Assembly: GCA_951406725.2 (NCBI GenBank)
Contig: OX597824.1
Coordinates: forward strand, 61,876,001-61,940,000
Direction: 5' to 3'
Origin: Octopus vulgaris
Lineage: Eukaryota
Length of the DNA: 64,000 nt
The notes under the pieces are model-generated. The model did no database searches. It was not told where the DNA came from and saw only the letters and a program-made list of their open reading frames with translations. A program made the position numbers and the translations under genes. Shown here in pieces: positions 22,755 through 38,067 of this stretch; positions within the stretch are counted from its first letter, which is position 1, and each line of letters opens with the position of its first letter.

Positions 22755-23810
22755 AAGTTGAAAGAATGCAGGAAGAAGTCTAGAGAAACGCATGATCTAT
22801 TATATAAAGGCAAAGCAGTTCTAAATGAAGTAAAATCTAGAAAGAAAAATTTAACTATAACATGGATAGATTATAGGAAATCCTATGACATGATCCCATA
22901 ATCATGGATAAGTAAATGTTTGAGTATATTCAGTGTAGCAGACAACATCATAGAATTAATTATCATTGTATGAAGAAATGGAAAGTAGATATCTACTCAG
23001 ATGACATGCTCTTAGGGAAAGTTAATATCGAAAGAGGAATTTTCCAGGGGTACTAGTTTTCCCCTTTAATATTTGTCTTATGTTTGATCCCTCAGATTAG
23101 TATTAAGGCAGGATATCATTTCAGAAATAGAAAGGGAAAAATTAACCATTTCCACTGCATGAATGTTCTAAAGCTTCTTAGTAAGAATGAAGAAGAGATA
23201 GATTCCTTAATACACACTGTACGACTCTTCAGCAATGATATAGCCATGGAATTTGGCATAGATATAAATGGAGGACGCTGCCGAAGAACAAGAATAGCAA
23301 GATTATATCTACCTAGAAAGGAAGGTTAATATCAGTAAAAGACTGCGGGGAGTTAACTAGAGTAGAATTACAGCAAGACATAGCGAAAACAAACAAAAAA
23401 CAAAACAACAAAAGAAGTTAAAAACCAGAAAAAAGAATAGAAATTATCTGACTACGTGACGCATAGTTATCGATAACTATGTGACACATAGTTATCGATA
23501 ACTATGTGACACATAGTTATCGTTGCAGAAAGGAAAGCCGAAAAGGGAGACAGAAATTTTATTAGTAGCAGCATAATATCAAGCATTAAGGACAAATCGG
23601 ATAAAAGCCAGGGTAAACAAAAACCAAGTAGAATCCCAATGTAGGTTATGCAAATCAAGAGAGGAAAGTTTTACTCATATAATAAGTGAAAGGAGTATGC
23701 TATCACAGAAAGAATACATGAAAAGACATTACAAACAGGGGAGAGTATTCTACTGAGAGTTATGTAGAAAGGTAGGATTGAATATACTGATAAGTTGCAT
23801 GAGATTCGAA
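22755..23810 (+). mobile_element. R4/Dong-type retrotransposon RT remnant, heavily degenerate with deletions
   Basis: CRKKSRETHDLLY..KAVL..RKKNLTITWIDYRKSYDMIP, RGIFQG, INHFHCMNVLKL, IAMEFGID, IARLYLPRKEG. Confidence 0.85.
23462..23522. repeat. 25-bp tandem repeat built on a perfect palindrome
   Basis: CATAGTTATCGATAACTATGTGACA x~2.4; CATAGTTATCGATAACTATG is self-complementary. Confidence 0.9.
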
Positions 23811-25893
23811 CTCTACCATCCGGAGACTCCACGACACAGCAATGTGTGCATAACAACGGAAAATGTAATTGCACAGGTATCAAAACTGCTAAACTAGAAA
23901 GCAGCAGTACCAGACGTAATTCAAGGCTACTGGCTCAAGTGGTTTAGGTCAACACACAAGCGTCTTTGCGTTGCAATTAGAGAGTGTGCCTACAGCGTGG
24001 AGCAGTTCCGGTTTAGATTGTAGAGAGAACGACATCATTGTTGATTGAAGACCGGTCAATGGGTAATGAGGTTAGCAATTACCGACCCGTTGCTTGACTC
24101 AACTTCTTATGAAGTAATAACAGGCATCCCTGCATAGACAATATATACGTTCCTTGCGGAAAACAATATACTTCCATTAGAACAAAAGGGGTGCCGAAAA
24201 GTATGCAAGGCTACAAAGGACCACCTTGTAGGCAAGGTTGTAATGAAGAACTACAAACGGTATCAAAAAAAGAAATTGTGCATGCCTGGATAGACTTTAA
24301 AAAGGCTTACTCAACATGTGTGGAATAGCTGAGAACGTGTGTGCACTGATTAAGAACAGCATGCCTAGTTAGAAAACACGTCTTTCCTGTAACAACTAGC
24401 ACTTAGACGAGGTAACAATCAAAAGAGGTATCTTCCAAGGAGAATCTTGTTCACCTCTGTTATTTGTTATAGCCTTTCTCACACTTTCTGTAGTCCTACG
24501 CAAAGTTTACACGCACTGTGAGCTGAGAAAGAATAAACTTCGTCTCAACCACCTTCTTGTCATGGATGATTTAAAACTGTTTGCCAAAACAGAAACTGAA
24601 ATAGAGAGGCTGGGTGAGACTGTAAATTTGCAGCAAGGTATTTGGGATGGAATTCCATATATCGAAGTGTGCGTTGCTTACTGTGAATCGGGGGAAATAA
24701 GTAAATTGCAGGGGCATATAATTGCCAAACGAAGGGATAATGGAAGACCCGGTTGATGATGGGTTGAAGTATCTTGGGATACTGGAGCTGGACAATATCT
24801 TGCAAAAAGAAATGAACGACGACGTCATCATTGTATATTTCAAGCTCCTTAAACTTCCCTTGAAATCAAACCTCAACTCAAGGAATCTTGTGAATGCCAT
24901 CAGCATAAGGGCGGTTGTTGTAGTCCGCTATAGATCACGCATCCTGAAATGGACACAAGCGGAGATTAACCAACTCGATTGTAGTACCCGAAAGATAATG
25001 ACAATGTATGGTGCTCCCCACCCTAAGGTGAATGTACACAGGCTCTACATGAAGATGGTAAAAGTGGACGTGGGCTGAATAGCGTACGGAGGGCATCAGC
25101 AGTGAAAGAAGAAACATAACAATATTTGGTGAACAGCAAACAAGACCCGCTACAGTATGCTCCTAATGCAGAAGAATTTAACAAAAATGGACTTGAGAGT
25201 GCTCATGAATTTCGACCAGGAAGCATCATCGTGGTGACCTAAAAGAGGGTCGAAATTGTGACTCACATTGTTAGTGCTTGTGAAAATATTACACAGAAAG
25301 AGTACGAGCGCATACACCACAAGGTATCTGAAAACCTCCATTGGTATCTATGTTGTAAGTACGGATATGAGGTTACGAGTGCTTGGTACGAACATACACC
25401 TGGAAAGGTAATGGACAAAAAGGAGAAAGCAAAAATCTTCTGGGACTTTGACTACCAGACAGACAATGTATTAGAGCACCGAAGACCGGATATAATTATC
25501 TTTAGGGGGGACAAACAAGAGTGCCTAATAGATGACGCGGCTGTGCCAGGAGATCAACATATCACGAAAGAAAGAGAAAAGACTGATAACTGTGAAGACC
25601 TGAAAATAGAGATAGCTAAAATGTGGCAGCTACGAGAGTCAAACATAAAGGTTATCCCTATTGTCATCGAAGTATTGGGTTCAATAACACCCAATCTGAA
25701 AAGCACATCTGAAACTTTAGAAATACCCTACAATCTGGGTGTATTTCAAAAATTGGCATTACTTGGGACTGCACGTATATTGCGTAAAGTACTGTCTGTC
25801 TGAGGTCATTGTTGTAACCTGACAGACAATACAGACTCTTAGTAGACGTAATAGCTACGATCAACAACCTCACGATATTGTATACTGTGTGAC

Positions 25894-25895
<2 letters not shown>
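23811..25895 (+). mobile_element. R4/Dong-type non-LTR retrotransposon, 5'-truncated (RT and RLE), ending in (TAA)n
   Basis: PDVIQGYWLK, RGIFQGES.SPLLF, MDDLKLFAK, KYLGILE, HPKVNVHRLY; ORF 25258-25803 has HIVSAC, HRRPDIII..IDDAAVPGD and LLGTARILRKVLSV*; short UTR then (TAA)n at 25895-25960. Confidence 0.92.
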
Positions 25896-25960
<65 letters not shown>

Positions 25961-28520
25961 TTAATTTATTTACTTTTCTACCTTGGTGATGGACGAGAGG
26001 AACACTACAGAGATAAAGTGTTGGGGTTTACATATGATGAAATGATAAAAAAAATGAAAATAAGACATGTTCGGACCCCAGTGGTTGAAGGCTTTGAGTA
26101 CCTGGTGATACTCTAGGTGTCAGGTGCTCACTCGTGGTCTTGTATTTTCTTTATCCTGGACTATTGCTCACAGATTAGGCGATGAGCTACTGAATGACTT
26201 GCCTCAAAAACGGAGACCACATCTACTTACCGTCCAGAAATCATTGCAGCCTGAGCGCGTGTCTGCGAATGAGAAAGGCAGTGTACCTAAGTCACTACTC
26301 AAAGGGTACCGATATCAGACTCACCGCTGGGCCATTAGGGCACATCATTTCCACAAGTAACTAAAGCTGCAATCGTGTTAGGGAGCAACGTTCAGGCGAT
26401 AAATGAAGACGGAGGAGATGTGAGCACTCGCCACATCCGCCCATTTACAATAATTGCATTATGATTTAGCAAAGGAATAGCCATAGCAAAATCTAGAGCA
26501 GAGATAGACCTAGTTAGGAAGGTAGAAGGGGAACTTTGGAAAGGTAAAACGACCGACATGCTGGCGACGAGATTGACTCTCGAACAACTGCTAAGTATTA
26601 AGGCCGCGTTGTCAGAGCTAGGACGCGTGCTGTAAGACAAGAGAGACGGGAGACTTTTGAGAGGCCGGAATGACAGAGTCGTTACATGGCAGCAAAGCCA
26701 CAATTTGATCTTTGAAAGGTCAAGATAAGCTCTTGCTATTCGAACCAAAGCAATTGTGTGTGGAATTCAAGAAGCATTCTGATGAACTGTACGGAGAGAG
26801 TGGTGGGTGGGGAACGAAGGTGATCTTATCACATACTTTGACGGCCTCCCACAAGGTTGGGCCAGGGATGGGGAGTTCTACGAAATGCCGATAATAGCAG
26901 AAGACATGCGTGATACAATTACAAGTGAAAAGTCACCGGCATTGGATAGTTTCGTGCTTTTGTCTTCATATTCCCAGACTTATTCGGTGATCTCTTGGCT
27001 CATTGGCTGTGGTGGTGCTGCTGAGAAAAGATCCGAACAGTATAGTGGGCGATATCGTGATAATTTTAGGCTGGTAACTCTGCTAAAATTAGATGAAGTG
27101 ATTTTGGCCAAGGCGTTAACCAAGAAGTTGGCGCTTGCCGTTGAATGACTGGTCACTGATGGGCAGATATGCCCTATCTCAAAAAGACCTATCGACGACA
27201 ACCTATCAAAAAGACCTATCGACGACTACATCACAGAGAGGGTAGGAAGGAAACTGATAGATCCCTGATCAGTTTGTATCAATCGAAATCTTTCGATTGG
27301 CTAGAACATCAATACTTGGGGAAACGTTCGCGCGGTGTTCGGCTTCGGCCTGGCTATGTACAGCGATAGTGCTCAGTGATCAGGCCACCGATCGGAATCG
27401 TTTAACATCATATGTTTGTCCTGCAAAGCATGCTCCCTCTCATTCCTTCTCTGCGTGCTGACTGTCGAGCTACTATTGCAGAAAATGGATGTTTAGAGGG
27501 GCATTATGCGTGAACTAGGATGCAAAAGATTCATGTCGCTTACGCGAATAACGTCACCGTAATAGTATGATATCTCGAAAATCGTGGTGATCGGTACTAC
27601 CCCAAAGGAATGCGAATCGATGAGAGGAGAAGTAGGTCCATTCTACCCGAGAGCATCTTGGAAGACTGGATGGATGGGACAGGTTCCACTTGCCAGACGA
27701 TCCATTTGTTGTCAGCAGCCGCTGCGTGGAGTGATGGACATGATGTAGTTCATGATGTACAGACATGCTCTAAGGCTGGAAAATCTCCAGCGATTCCTTG
27801 ATGTTCAGCCGGTGTTGTCACCGTTTGTAAGGCAGGATTTTACTCAGTATGTCTCAGTGTCTGACCTACGGTCTGGATAAATCGGAGACTGAGTAAAGGC
27901 GATAGGCACCTGGTGTTTCGTCAAACGCTCACAGCTCTCTACCAGTCGGGTAATGCAGACGATGGAAATTCGACCTTGGGGTTCTATTGGTGATTAGTGG
28001 CGAAAAAGTATCTCGATGACATAGGGAAAGCTGTGGACATCGAGAGAAATAAGTTAGCTGCTGAGGACGTTCGGACGTGGGGGCTGGTGGTTACGGATAA
28101 TTGCCAGAAATCAGTGGCATGGTAGTGATTCCTGGGGGCTTTGTCAGTTCAGGATAATCTCTACATGTACGAAGGTGTTGCCAGACGGTTCTGTTCGCAA
28201 TGTCTATAGAGCGACAAAACCGTTCGGAATGTACTCCTGCATTTTCCAGTCTAGGACGGATTCAGCTATCGACGGACTTCTTGACGATCGCCAAACTTCT
28301 TTGTCACAGAAAGGCAGGGACTTTTTTCTGTCTGGTGGTTATGGTGAAATAGGTGACGTGGTGAACGTAATTGAAAGGGCTGAAGACAGGCACTTTTCTC
28401 CTCAAGCAAGCCCTCATCACCGTTTTCAGATTTCACGTGAAAAGGAACGTGAGTGGAGAATGGGAAGTGCTGCTTCCCAGTAAACCTGTTAAAAGATGGG
28501 TGAATTTGGTGAGGATGACC
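25961..28520 (+). mobile_element. L1/Tx1-type non-LTR retrotransposon remnant
   Basis: SEKSPALD, DNFRLVTLL..ILAKALTKKLA, QSKSFDWLEHQYL, AYANNVT (YADD-like); homologous to 4813-6600; 5' boundary uncertain. Confidence 0.75.
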
Positions 28521-29279
28521 TGTTTAAGGGGAATAAAAAATTAATTAAAATATTTTTGTTGCTGCTGTGGTTGTAGTTATTAATAGTTACTTACGTTTAG
28601 CACTCTATTTCTTACTTTCTGATGAAATTTCAGGGCATGGGAATGTGAGAGACTATTTTAGATAATTTATTATTAACGTATTTATGACAGTTTAGATAAG
28701 AACATTCTGGAAAGCATCTCTAAATTAGCAGCTACGCTTTCATTATGTTCTGAATAACTGAAAGAAACTTTGCCACATAACTTTGTTTGGGGAAAGTCAC
28801 TGATTTTCGCTGAAAGTTTCAAGAAAGAGAAAATAAAAAATCTTTAACAGAATACACAAAGAGGATTACCTTTCCTTACGTAAACAATATATAATCTGGA
28901 AATAGTGGAAATTATTTCTGTTTGAAACTTTCCTGCCAAGATGTTCGCCTGATAATGTAATTGATAGAAAACCAAGTTGCACTGTAAAGTTTCGTGCGAC
29001 ACATTATCCATTTATCAATTTTATAGATTTACTAATATCTCACGAAAGAAAATAGAGATGATTGGCTTCCGTCAAATCAGATTTAGACTGGTTGCGAGAT
29101 TATTGATCTGTCTCTCTTTAAAATTTCTATTCGGAATCGCTCATTCATGATATTGTTATTTAACGGAACTCAATAAAGAAATTTGGCCCGTATTATTCTT
29201 GTTATATTTTATACACAAGAAATATTGCTTTAAGTCACGTCTCTGAATGCTTCTGCATGCTTTCATACACTGTTTCTCT

Positions 29280-29776
<497 letters not shown>

Positions 29777-30115
29777 CTATTTGTTGATAATTTCTAAATT
29801 TAAAATATTACCGGTTTTATCACTGAATTCCAGTATTGAGTGCTGTGTGCTATTGGAAATTTTTATGTTATTCTTTGTGCAGTATCTTTTATCTTGTTCA
29901 TGTATGATGTTTGTACACCTTCCTTTAACGAGAAGGTATTTAATGATTTAGTTGCTATTTCTTGCAGGTAGGGCGAAACTGTAGAGACTCTTTCGATAGA
30001 TTGTCCTGCTTTTATTCATGAGTGTATGGCTGTCATATAAAGCACTGCACTGACATAATCATTTGAAATATTTAGTTATGAACTTTGCCCTTTAAACTGT
30101 GTTGAAATGAAATCC

Positions 30116-30443
30116 TCTAAGATTGGCATATGTTCTAGGATAGAGTGCGTAACTTCATCTTCTTGGGTGGAGTGCATAAATTTATCTTATTGGGTGGAGT
30201 GCATAAATTTTATCTTATTGGGTGGAGTGCATAAACTAATCTTCCTAGTGGAGAGTCTAAATTTATTTTATCGGCTTGTAATTATGGAATTCAATAATTC
30301 CATAATTACGAGCCGATAAAATAAATTTAGACTCTCCACTAAGAAGATTAGTTTATGCACTCCACCCAATAAGATAAATTTATGCACTCCACCCAAGAAG
30401 ATGAAGTTACACATTCTATCCAAGAAAATATGCCAATCTTAGA
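30116..30443. mobile_element. Near-perfect fold-back palindrome with ~28-bp internal tandem subrepeats
   Basis: Arms meet at a 4-nt loop (CAAT, 30292-30295); subrepeat TCTTATTGGGTGGAGTGCATAAATTTA-like; the left arm has one extra unit. Confidence 0.92.
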
Positions 30444-31316
30444 AATTTACGCTTCCTTTGTTACAAAAAAAAATTACCCCCAAACTCTTGTATTATTGAG
30501 ATGGTTATATCAAACCCTTCACAACATGACAGTCATCGTAAAGTTGAATACAAAACGGCTTTCTTAGTATTTCTACCGGATGAATTACATATAATATTAT
30601 AAAATAAAAGCTGATTGTAAGTTTTATGACACCACCTTTCTCCAGAAAAGGAAAGTTTTAGCTGCTATCACGTAAAAGTTATTTTGTGTCCTTTATCGCA
30701 AATACAGTTATGTGGTAGCAGAGTGTGCTAGAAATAGCAGCCAAATCTTTGAAAGTGAGATGCGTTGAATGCACTTAAATAATCCTATGGAAGAAAGTTA
30801 TTTCACACCGAGACTACGAACGGGTCTTTTACGAAATATTTATGTAAAAAAAAAAATTGTAATGTCGAAAATAATTTTGAAAGACATTAAAATATTCTAT
30901 GCTTAAAGAAAGCTAAAATATAAATACTTATTGTGCAAACAACCTACATTTTTGAAATCACATTCACTTAAAAGAATTTCTAAATGATTATTTACTGCAA
31001 AAAAAGGAACAAATTGTGTTTCTTGGTTGTCAAGTTAGTCTAATCAAGAGGTAAGTGTTACCTCCCATAAAAGTTAATTTCGGAGAATTTTCCCATTATG
31101 CACCATTTTGGGTATTTATAACGTGAGAACCCTCAATATATTTACGAGCAGTTGTCACGAAATCTTTTTCATTTCGTTCCTATTTACATTTCAGTGGGGA
31201 CTTAACTCATAGTATATTCCTATAATGCGCCAGTTTGGCTGGGTAATATTGCAAGCAAGCAAGATTCAGTCTGGCTTTTAAGGTATTATAGATATACATA
31301 CATGCATACACACAAA

Positions 31317-31396
<80 letters not shown>

Positions 31397-31654
31397 AAAC
31401 AAACATACACACAACAAACACACACACAAGCTAACACACAGACACACAGAGGTTTGGTCGAAAGTCACCAAGCAGTAAATCAAAGTTCCATATATACTAT
31501 CTGTAATTCTGTACTGACTCGAATGGAAAAATCTGTCGCTCAAGAACTTCAGTTTCATCTAGTTTCATGATGTTTCATATTTAGATACTTTTATTAAATA
31601 CAGTCAGTTGTTAAACATAAAAATTCTTGGACTTTTGGCCAACCCTGTATATAT

Positions 31655-31870
31655 ATGTGTCTGCGCCTGTCTTCTATACGTTCGTCCGCCAAACTGTTTG
31701 ACAATCGGTGTTGGTTTCTTTGCGTCCCTCTGACGTAATGGTTCTCAAAAGTGCGCGACAGTATAAGTACCAGCTACGGACATATGTACTAAGGTTGATT
31801 TGTTCGACTAAGACGTTATTCCAGTATGATTTCAGCCCATTCGCTGAAATAATTAAAACATAAAAGACAG
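31655..31870 (+). mobile_element. SINE 3' half, degenerate
   Basis: TTTGACAATCGGTGTTGG...ATAAGTAC...GATTTGTTCGACTAA similar to 33855-34078. Confidence 0.6.
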
Positions 31871-32174
31871 ATGTAGATAAATTATATATAAAAATACGTC
31901 CCACTTTACAACTTCTGTATGTCTATGAATATATTGCCAGTATGCGTTGCTTTTATCCAAAACCGGATGGTGAGTGATAAAATTGTATCCAACTCACACA
32001 TAAACTTGGAACATAAAAGAACGTATCATTGGTGCAAACTCAATGATGTTTCCTAATTGATTAGCTCAATGTTTAGTGTGATTCAATTTCCAATCGATCG
32101 ATATGCTGTGAAGGAGGATAATGGACATATAATACGTCCCATAGTTTTTAAATCATTTACACACCGAATAATTT

Positions 32175-32430
32175 AATCATACTTTAGTTACTGCAGCTCT
32201 GTTTCATGGCTACAACCATAACCTCTATTGCTGAGAATGCTAGTTAGTTAAATAAACAGTAGTTATCTTTTGTTCATTAGCAATTACAGTTAGTATAATT
32301 ACTTTCTCGTTGTTGTAAAGTTAGTTAAACGTTCAAGCTAATTATCAGTTCTGAGTTCATTACGCAGCAACTAATGCAATTAACTTTTATAACCTAAAGT
32401 TCATATTACTATATTTTACTATTCCATTCC
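32175..32430 (+). repeat. Single-arm copy of the 19110-19582 fold-back family
   Basis: TAAACAGTAGTTATCTT...GCAATTACAGTTAGTATAATTACTT...CTTTTATAACCTAAA is shared. Confidence 0.7.
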
Positions 32431-33171
32431 CCGTTTTACCTCCTCGATTAAATTCTTTCATAAGCATGTAATAAACTAAACATTGACATTGACGATGTGA
32501 AACAGGCATCCATAAAAGTCAGAACAGCAAACAAATATAAAATTTCTACGTTTGGACAGCTCGAAACTATATATATTGAGGAGATGATCACACATACAGA
32601 CACACACGCAGGCATACACGCACGCGCGCGCGCACACACACACACACACAACCACACTGGAATACACACATACGACAGCAGAGAGATGCACACATGTCTT
32701 CATTCACACAGGTATAGGAGCGGAAGAAAGTGGGCATAATGACATACGTACGCATGAACTGACACATATATTTGCAAATATGTACTACCAATTCATTCTC
32801 AAATTCTCATTCACACCACAAAATCCTTTCAAATGAGCAACACGGATTCCACGGCTCCATACCATGAAGTGACTAAGCATTACTTGCTAGAACTTACATA
32901 TTATGTACAGGAAACATTTTTACCACTTATATACAGCATTTTCCTCGAAGAATGTTACTGAAACTATAATATCTCTCTATATATCTTATTTCTACTTTCA
33001 TTCTCTTATTTCCCTCTATATTACCTATCTCCTCCTTTTTCACAATAATTCGAACTCAAATATTTTCTCAAACCGTCTCTGATAAAATACCACAAAAACC
33101 TGTAAGACTATTTCATTATAAATGTCCTGAAAACTCCTCACAGCCTTGGATTTGCTATCTCATTCAGTCTA

Positions 33172-33214
<43 letters not shown>

Positions 33215-33239
33215 TATATACATATGTGCAGGTATGGCT

Positions 33240-34078
<839 letters not shown>

Positions 34079-34089
34079 TAGGATATATG

Positions 34090-34126
<37 letters not shown>

Positions 34127-34173
34127 ATACACATATATATATATATATATAATGTGTGTGTGTGTGTGTATTA

Positions 34174-34325
<152 letters not shown>

Positions 34326-34599
34326 ATATAGCCCTTCCTGCTTGTTTTGACTGTCCTGTTTGTGCTACCAATTCTGACCCCACGCAAAATCCCAAATTTT
34401 ACTTCATTTTCCTTGCGGTCGCAACTATTTTATCGAAAACATATATTGTTGTTAAATGCTCGAAATACGAGACTAGCAAAATAACCAACAACTGATGGAG
34501 GGTCGTTCTTTTTGCTGTTTGTTTTGTTTTGTAATTGTTTCTTTCGTTGTTCGAAAGGATACTTCATGTTCCAGATGTAAGTATGTACATATACGTATG

Positions 34600-34645
<46 letters not shown>

Positions 34646-34713
34646 CATATATATATATATACCTACATACATACCTATATATACATACTTTTTTATATGT
34701 ATATACTTATATA

Positions 34714-34752
<39 letters not shown>

Positions 34753-35448
34753 TATATATATTTATGTTATATATACACCCACACGCACACATATGCAGAT
34801 ATGTACGCGCATTTACATACATACACAAATATATATACATACAAACGCACGCATATAATATACAGACGCTCATGTGTGCATACACACACTTACACACATA
34901 TATATTTGCTTATGTAGGTGTATACACTCATGCATATTAAACACACATACAGGCACGTATACATATATATAAAAACACAACCCGACACAAGCACGCAATG
35001 ATATGGTGGAAGGGGGCAGCGAGAGTTCACTGAGCTGAATCTGGAAATTGAATATTTGGCGCGGTGGCAACATCTCAGTATTTTCTCAGGATGCTTGTTT
35101 ACCAAGTTTTCGTTATTTAACAAGACGCACAAGACGAGGCTTCCTCAAGGCAGAAGTCACATACGCTGGATAGTGTATTATATGGCTATGCACTTTTTAT
35201 TATGGACCATCCTATTTCAAGTCAACTGTACAAAGAAATTAACTGCCAATCCATTTAAACCGGAACCACTTTAACAGAGGCAGAATCACCGGCCCAGTAC
35301 ATCTACACATTCAAAGAAGTTTGCCAGTAGTTCTTCAGCAACAGCATGCCCCGATAAACATAGTGACTACTATTAAATTTAGGCCACGACAGGCAGATAA
35401 GGTGTTCTTGAAATCGCGGAGTTAGAATTTAAGGAGACACTATTTACA

Positions 35449-35556
35449 TATCACCTGAAGAAACACATATAGATTTCATAATGCAGGGAAGCGGTTGCAT
35501 AATCAATTACTGGTACGCCTCGAGAGCTAAGTTGCGCGGAAACAATTGTAGTTATT
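35449..35556 (+). ncRNA. Degenerate type I hammerhead motif
   Basis: TATCAC-CTGAAGA(35455-35461)-long insert-GAAAC AATT GTA(35539-35550)-GTTATT; core and palindromic stem III intact, stems I and II mismatched. Confidence 0.55.
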
Positions 35557-36239
35557 TAAAGATAAATGTCCAACCTCCAAATTTTTTTCAGTTATGAATA
35601 TAGAAATATCACTTAAAATTTCAAGCGTAATTCTTACAGGAGAAAATTGTATCATTGATAAACTATGCTAGCATTTGAGCTTAACATTCGAATATACCTA
35701 CATACCTACTCATAGTTTTCTAAATGTTTCATTAAATAACACTTCTCGTTATTTACAGATATGAATACTTGTATTTCAGTCTATCTTCGACACCATCATT
35801 GCATTATCCATTTTTCAGTCAAGCAATATATATATACAATATGTCTGTAAGGTCCCGTTAGTTATTAAAATATCGCTGCCATTGTGAGATCACTAGAGAG
35901 AATATCCCTTTAGAAAAACCGCAACAGCTCCTACAAAAATCAGCTTACTGCCTCATTTAAGAAGTTCTTAAAGAAAGAGGCCATAGTTTTAAAAAAGAAA
36001 TGCAATAGCAAGAAGTTTAAAGCAATTGTTTTCTTTGCTTATGATTATCGTTTTTTTAAAAAAACTGGCACGTCAAAGACTTCACTTTCCTTAAGATTGT
36101 TTAAAGGTACTCGCCAAAATATTTAATGATTTTTTGAAATGGTTAGAAAGATGAGCTACAAATTATTTCATTTCCGGGAGAGCAGATGGGGACTATTTTG
36201 AAAATGCTAGTGTAATTGTTAATACTTGATTAGTAGAAA

Positions 36240-36680
36240 AGCGTGAGCTGGCAGAATCGTTAGTACGCCGGGCAAAATACTTACCGGTATTTCATCAGCA
36301 TTTACGTTCTGATTTCAAATGCCACCGAGGTCAACTTTGCCTTTCGTCCGTTATGGTTCGATAAATAGGTACTAGCTGAGCGCTAAGGTGGATGCAATCA
36401 ACTAGACCCACACCCAACATTCATGGATCTTTTGACAACAGCAGAAAAATTTATTGATTAGCAGAAGTTGGTAAGCTGGCGGAATCGTTTCCACACCGGT
36501 GTAAGTGCTTAGTCGTATTTCGCATGTCTTTACGTTCTAAGTTCAAATTCCACCGAAGACGGCTTTGCCTTTCAACCTTTCGAGGTCGATAAAATAAGTA
36601 CCAGTTGAGCACTGGCATCGGTGTAATCGACTTATCCGTTGATCTGACGTTGCTGGCCTTATTCCAAAATTTGAAACCAT
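36240..36680 (+). mobile_element. Two tandem tRNA-derived SINE copies (36240-36420, 36470-36680)
   Basis: GAGCTGGCAGAATCGTTAG...TTACGTTCTRA.TTCAAAT...CTTTGCCTTTC...GATAAA.TAAGTACCAGTTGAGCACTGG twice. Confidence 0.8.
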
Positions 36681-38067
36681 CGTTACGCATTAACAATACA
36701 ATAATACTTGAGTTCAGAAAGCGAGTGAAATACATGATTATCATAAGACTTTTTAACAATCTCTTCATCCGTATATTCATTAGACATATATAAAATAATC
36801 AATGAGCATAAAGTACTTACGTAACTATAAAAACAAATGCAATACTTATTAGAAAAGGAAATATACATTCTAGATACACAACATTTACTTCCATTTCTAT
36901 TTTGCATTTCAGCTGTATGTTAAACTAGAATGGAATTCTATGCAAGTCCTATGCAACAATAATTAAATGACAAAAATGTGCAACTTAGAAAGAGGCAAGC
37001 TCTTCAAGAATGCCATTGTCTTGTTAGTGAAAAAAGAGCGATGAGGTAACTAGACCATAGCCTAAGAGACCAACAGTACTAATTCATAAATTATTATAAT
37101 ATGACAGGTTACGACATGAACAAACTAACGAATATTTAAAAGGAATAAATATGCACGTTATGTGATGGTTAAATTTAACTAAATGTAAATAATAGGTAAT
37201 ATTTACTCCTATAGGTAGCTGTCCCAGTAAAAAGCATTTTCAACAAAGTATCCAGTGTGTTAACAAGGCTACTCATGAAAACAATAAAATAAATATCGCT
37301 GTATGTTGCACACATCACTGAGAAATATATTCTGAACTCAAACGCAAGCAAGAAATAAAACGGGCTTTTTACAAAAAAAAAGTTATTTTTAAATCTTAAC
37401 TCTTGAATTCCAAATTATCTTGTAAAAATTAAGTGGAAATTAATAAAACATATACAAATCAAAACAACTTTTTGATTTTTTAAATCTCCTCTTCAGATAC
37501 GTCAACAAATAAAAAAGTGGATGCAATAACAATTGTGAAGAAGATTTAGAAATAACAAAAGAAATTAATTTTAATAAGAGAAAAACTGCTACAAGGTAAA
37601 ATTGAAATGAGATTAGAAAATGTCATGCAAGTTCGTTGCCAAGAAAAATACAGTCAATGACACATAACTGACAAGATCTTGCATAACAGAAGACGATAAA
37701 GAAAAACTTGATTCAAAGTAATTACGGAATTAAGTTTTCTTACTAGGAATTATCAAAATATGCCGGGGAGGTGAATAAATGTTTAGATGTGATGAAATCA
37801 AATTGTTTCTCGTTGCCCAGATCTTCCGCCCTAACAGACAGACAGACACACATACACCCACACACACACTCATACCCCACGCACACAATAATTCTTGAAG
37901 AATTGAATTTTTGGCCACCTTTTCCGAACTCAGTACATACTTTCTCTTCAGCCTGGTAGTTATTTTATCGGTAATTTATCGAATCACTAAGTTAAGGGAA
38001 CGTAAAAACACCAATACCAGTTGTCAAGCGGTGGTGTGGGATATACACAAAGACATACATACATATA

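Noticed and set aside
25258-25803. 181-aa ORF as a standalone nuclease gene
   Set aside because: It is the RLE C-terminus of a degenerate Dong-type element whose upstream RT is full of stops.
27172-27228. 27-bp direct duplication (similar short ones at 12451-12480 and 56548-56607)
   Set aside because: Two-copy slippage duplications with no further structure.
30140-30410. ~28-bp repeats as a CRISPR array
   Set aside because: Repeats are contiguous with no unique spacers, lie inside a palindrome, and the context is eukaryotic with no cas genes.
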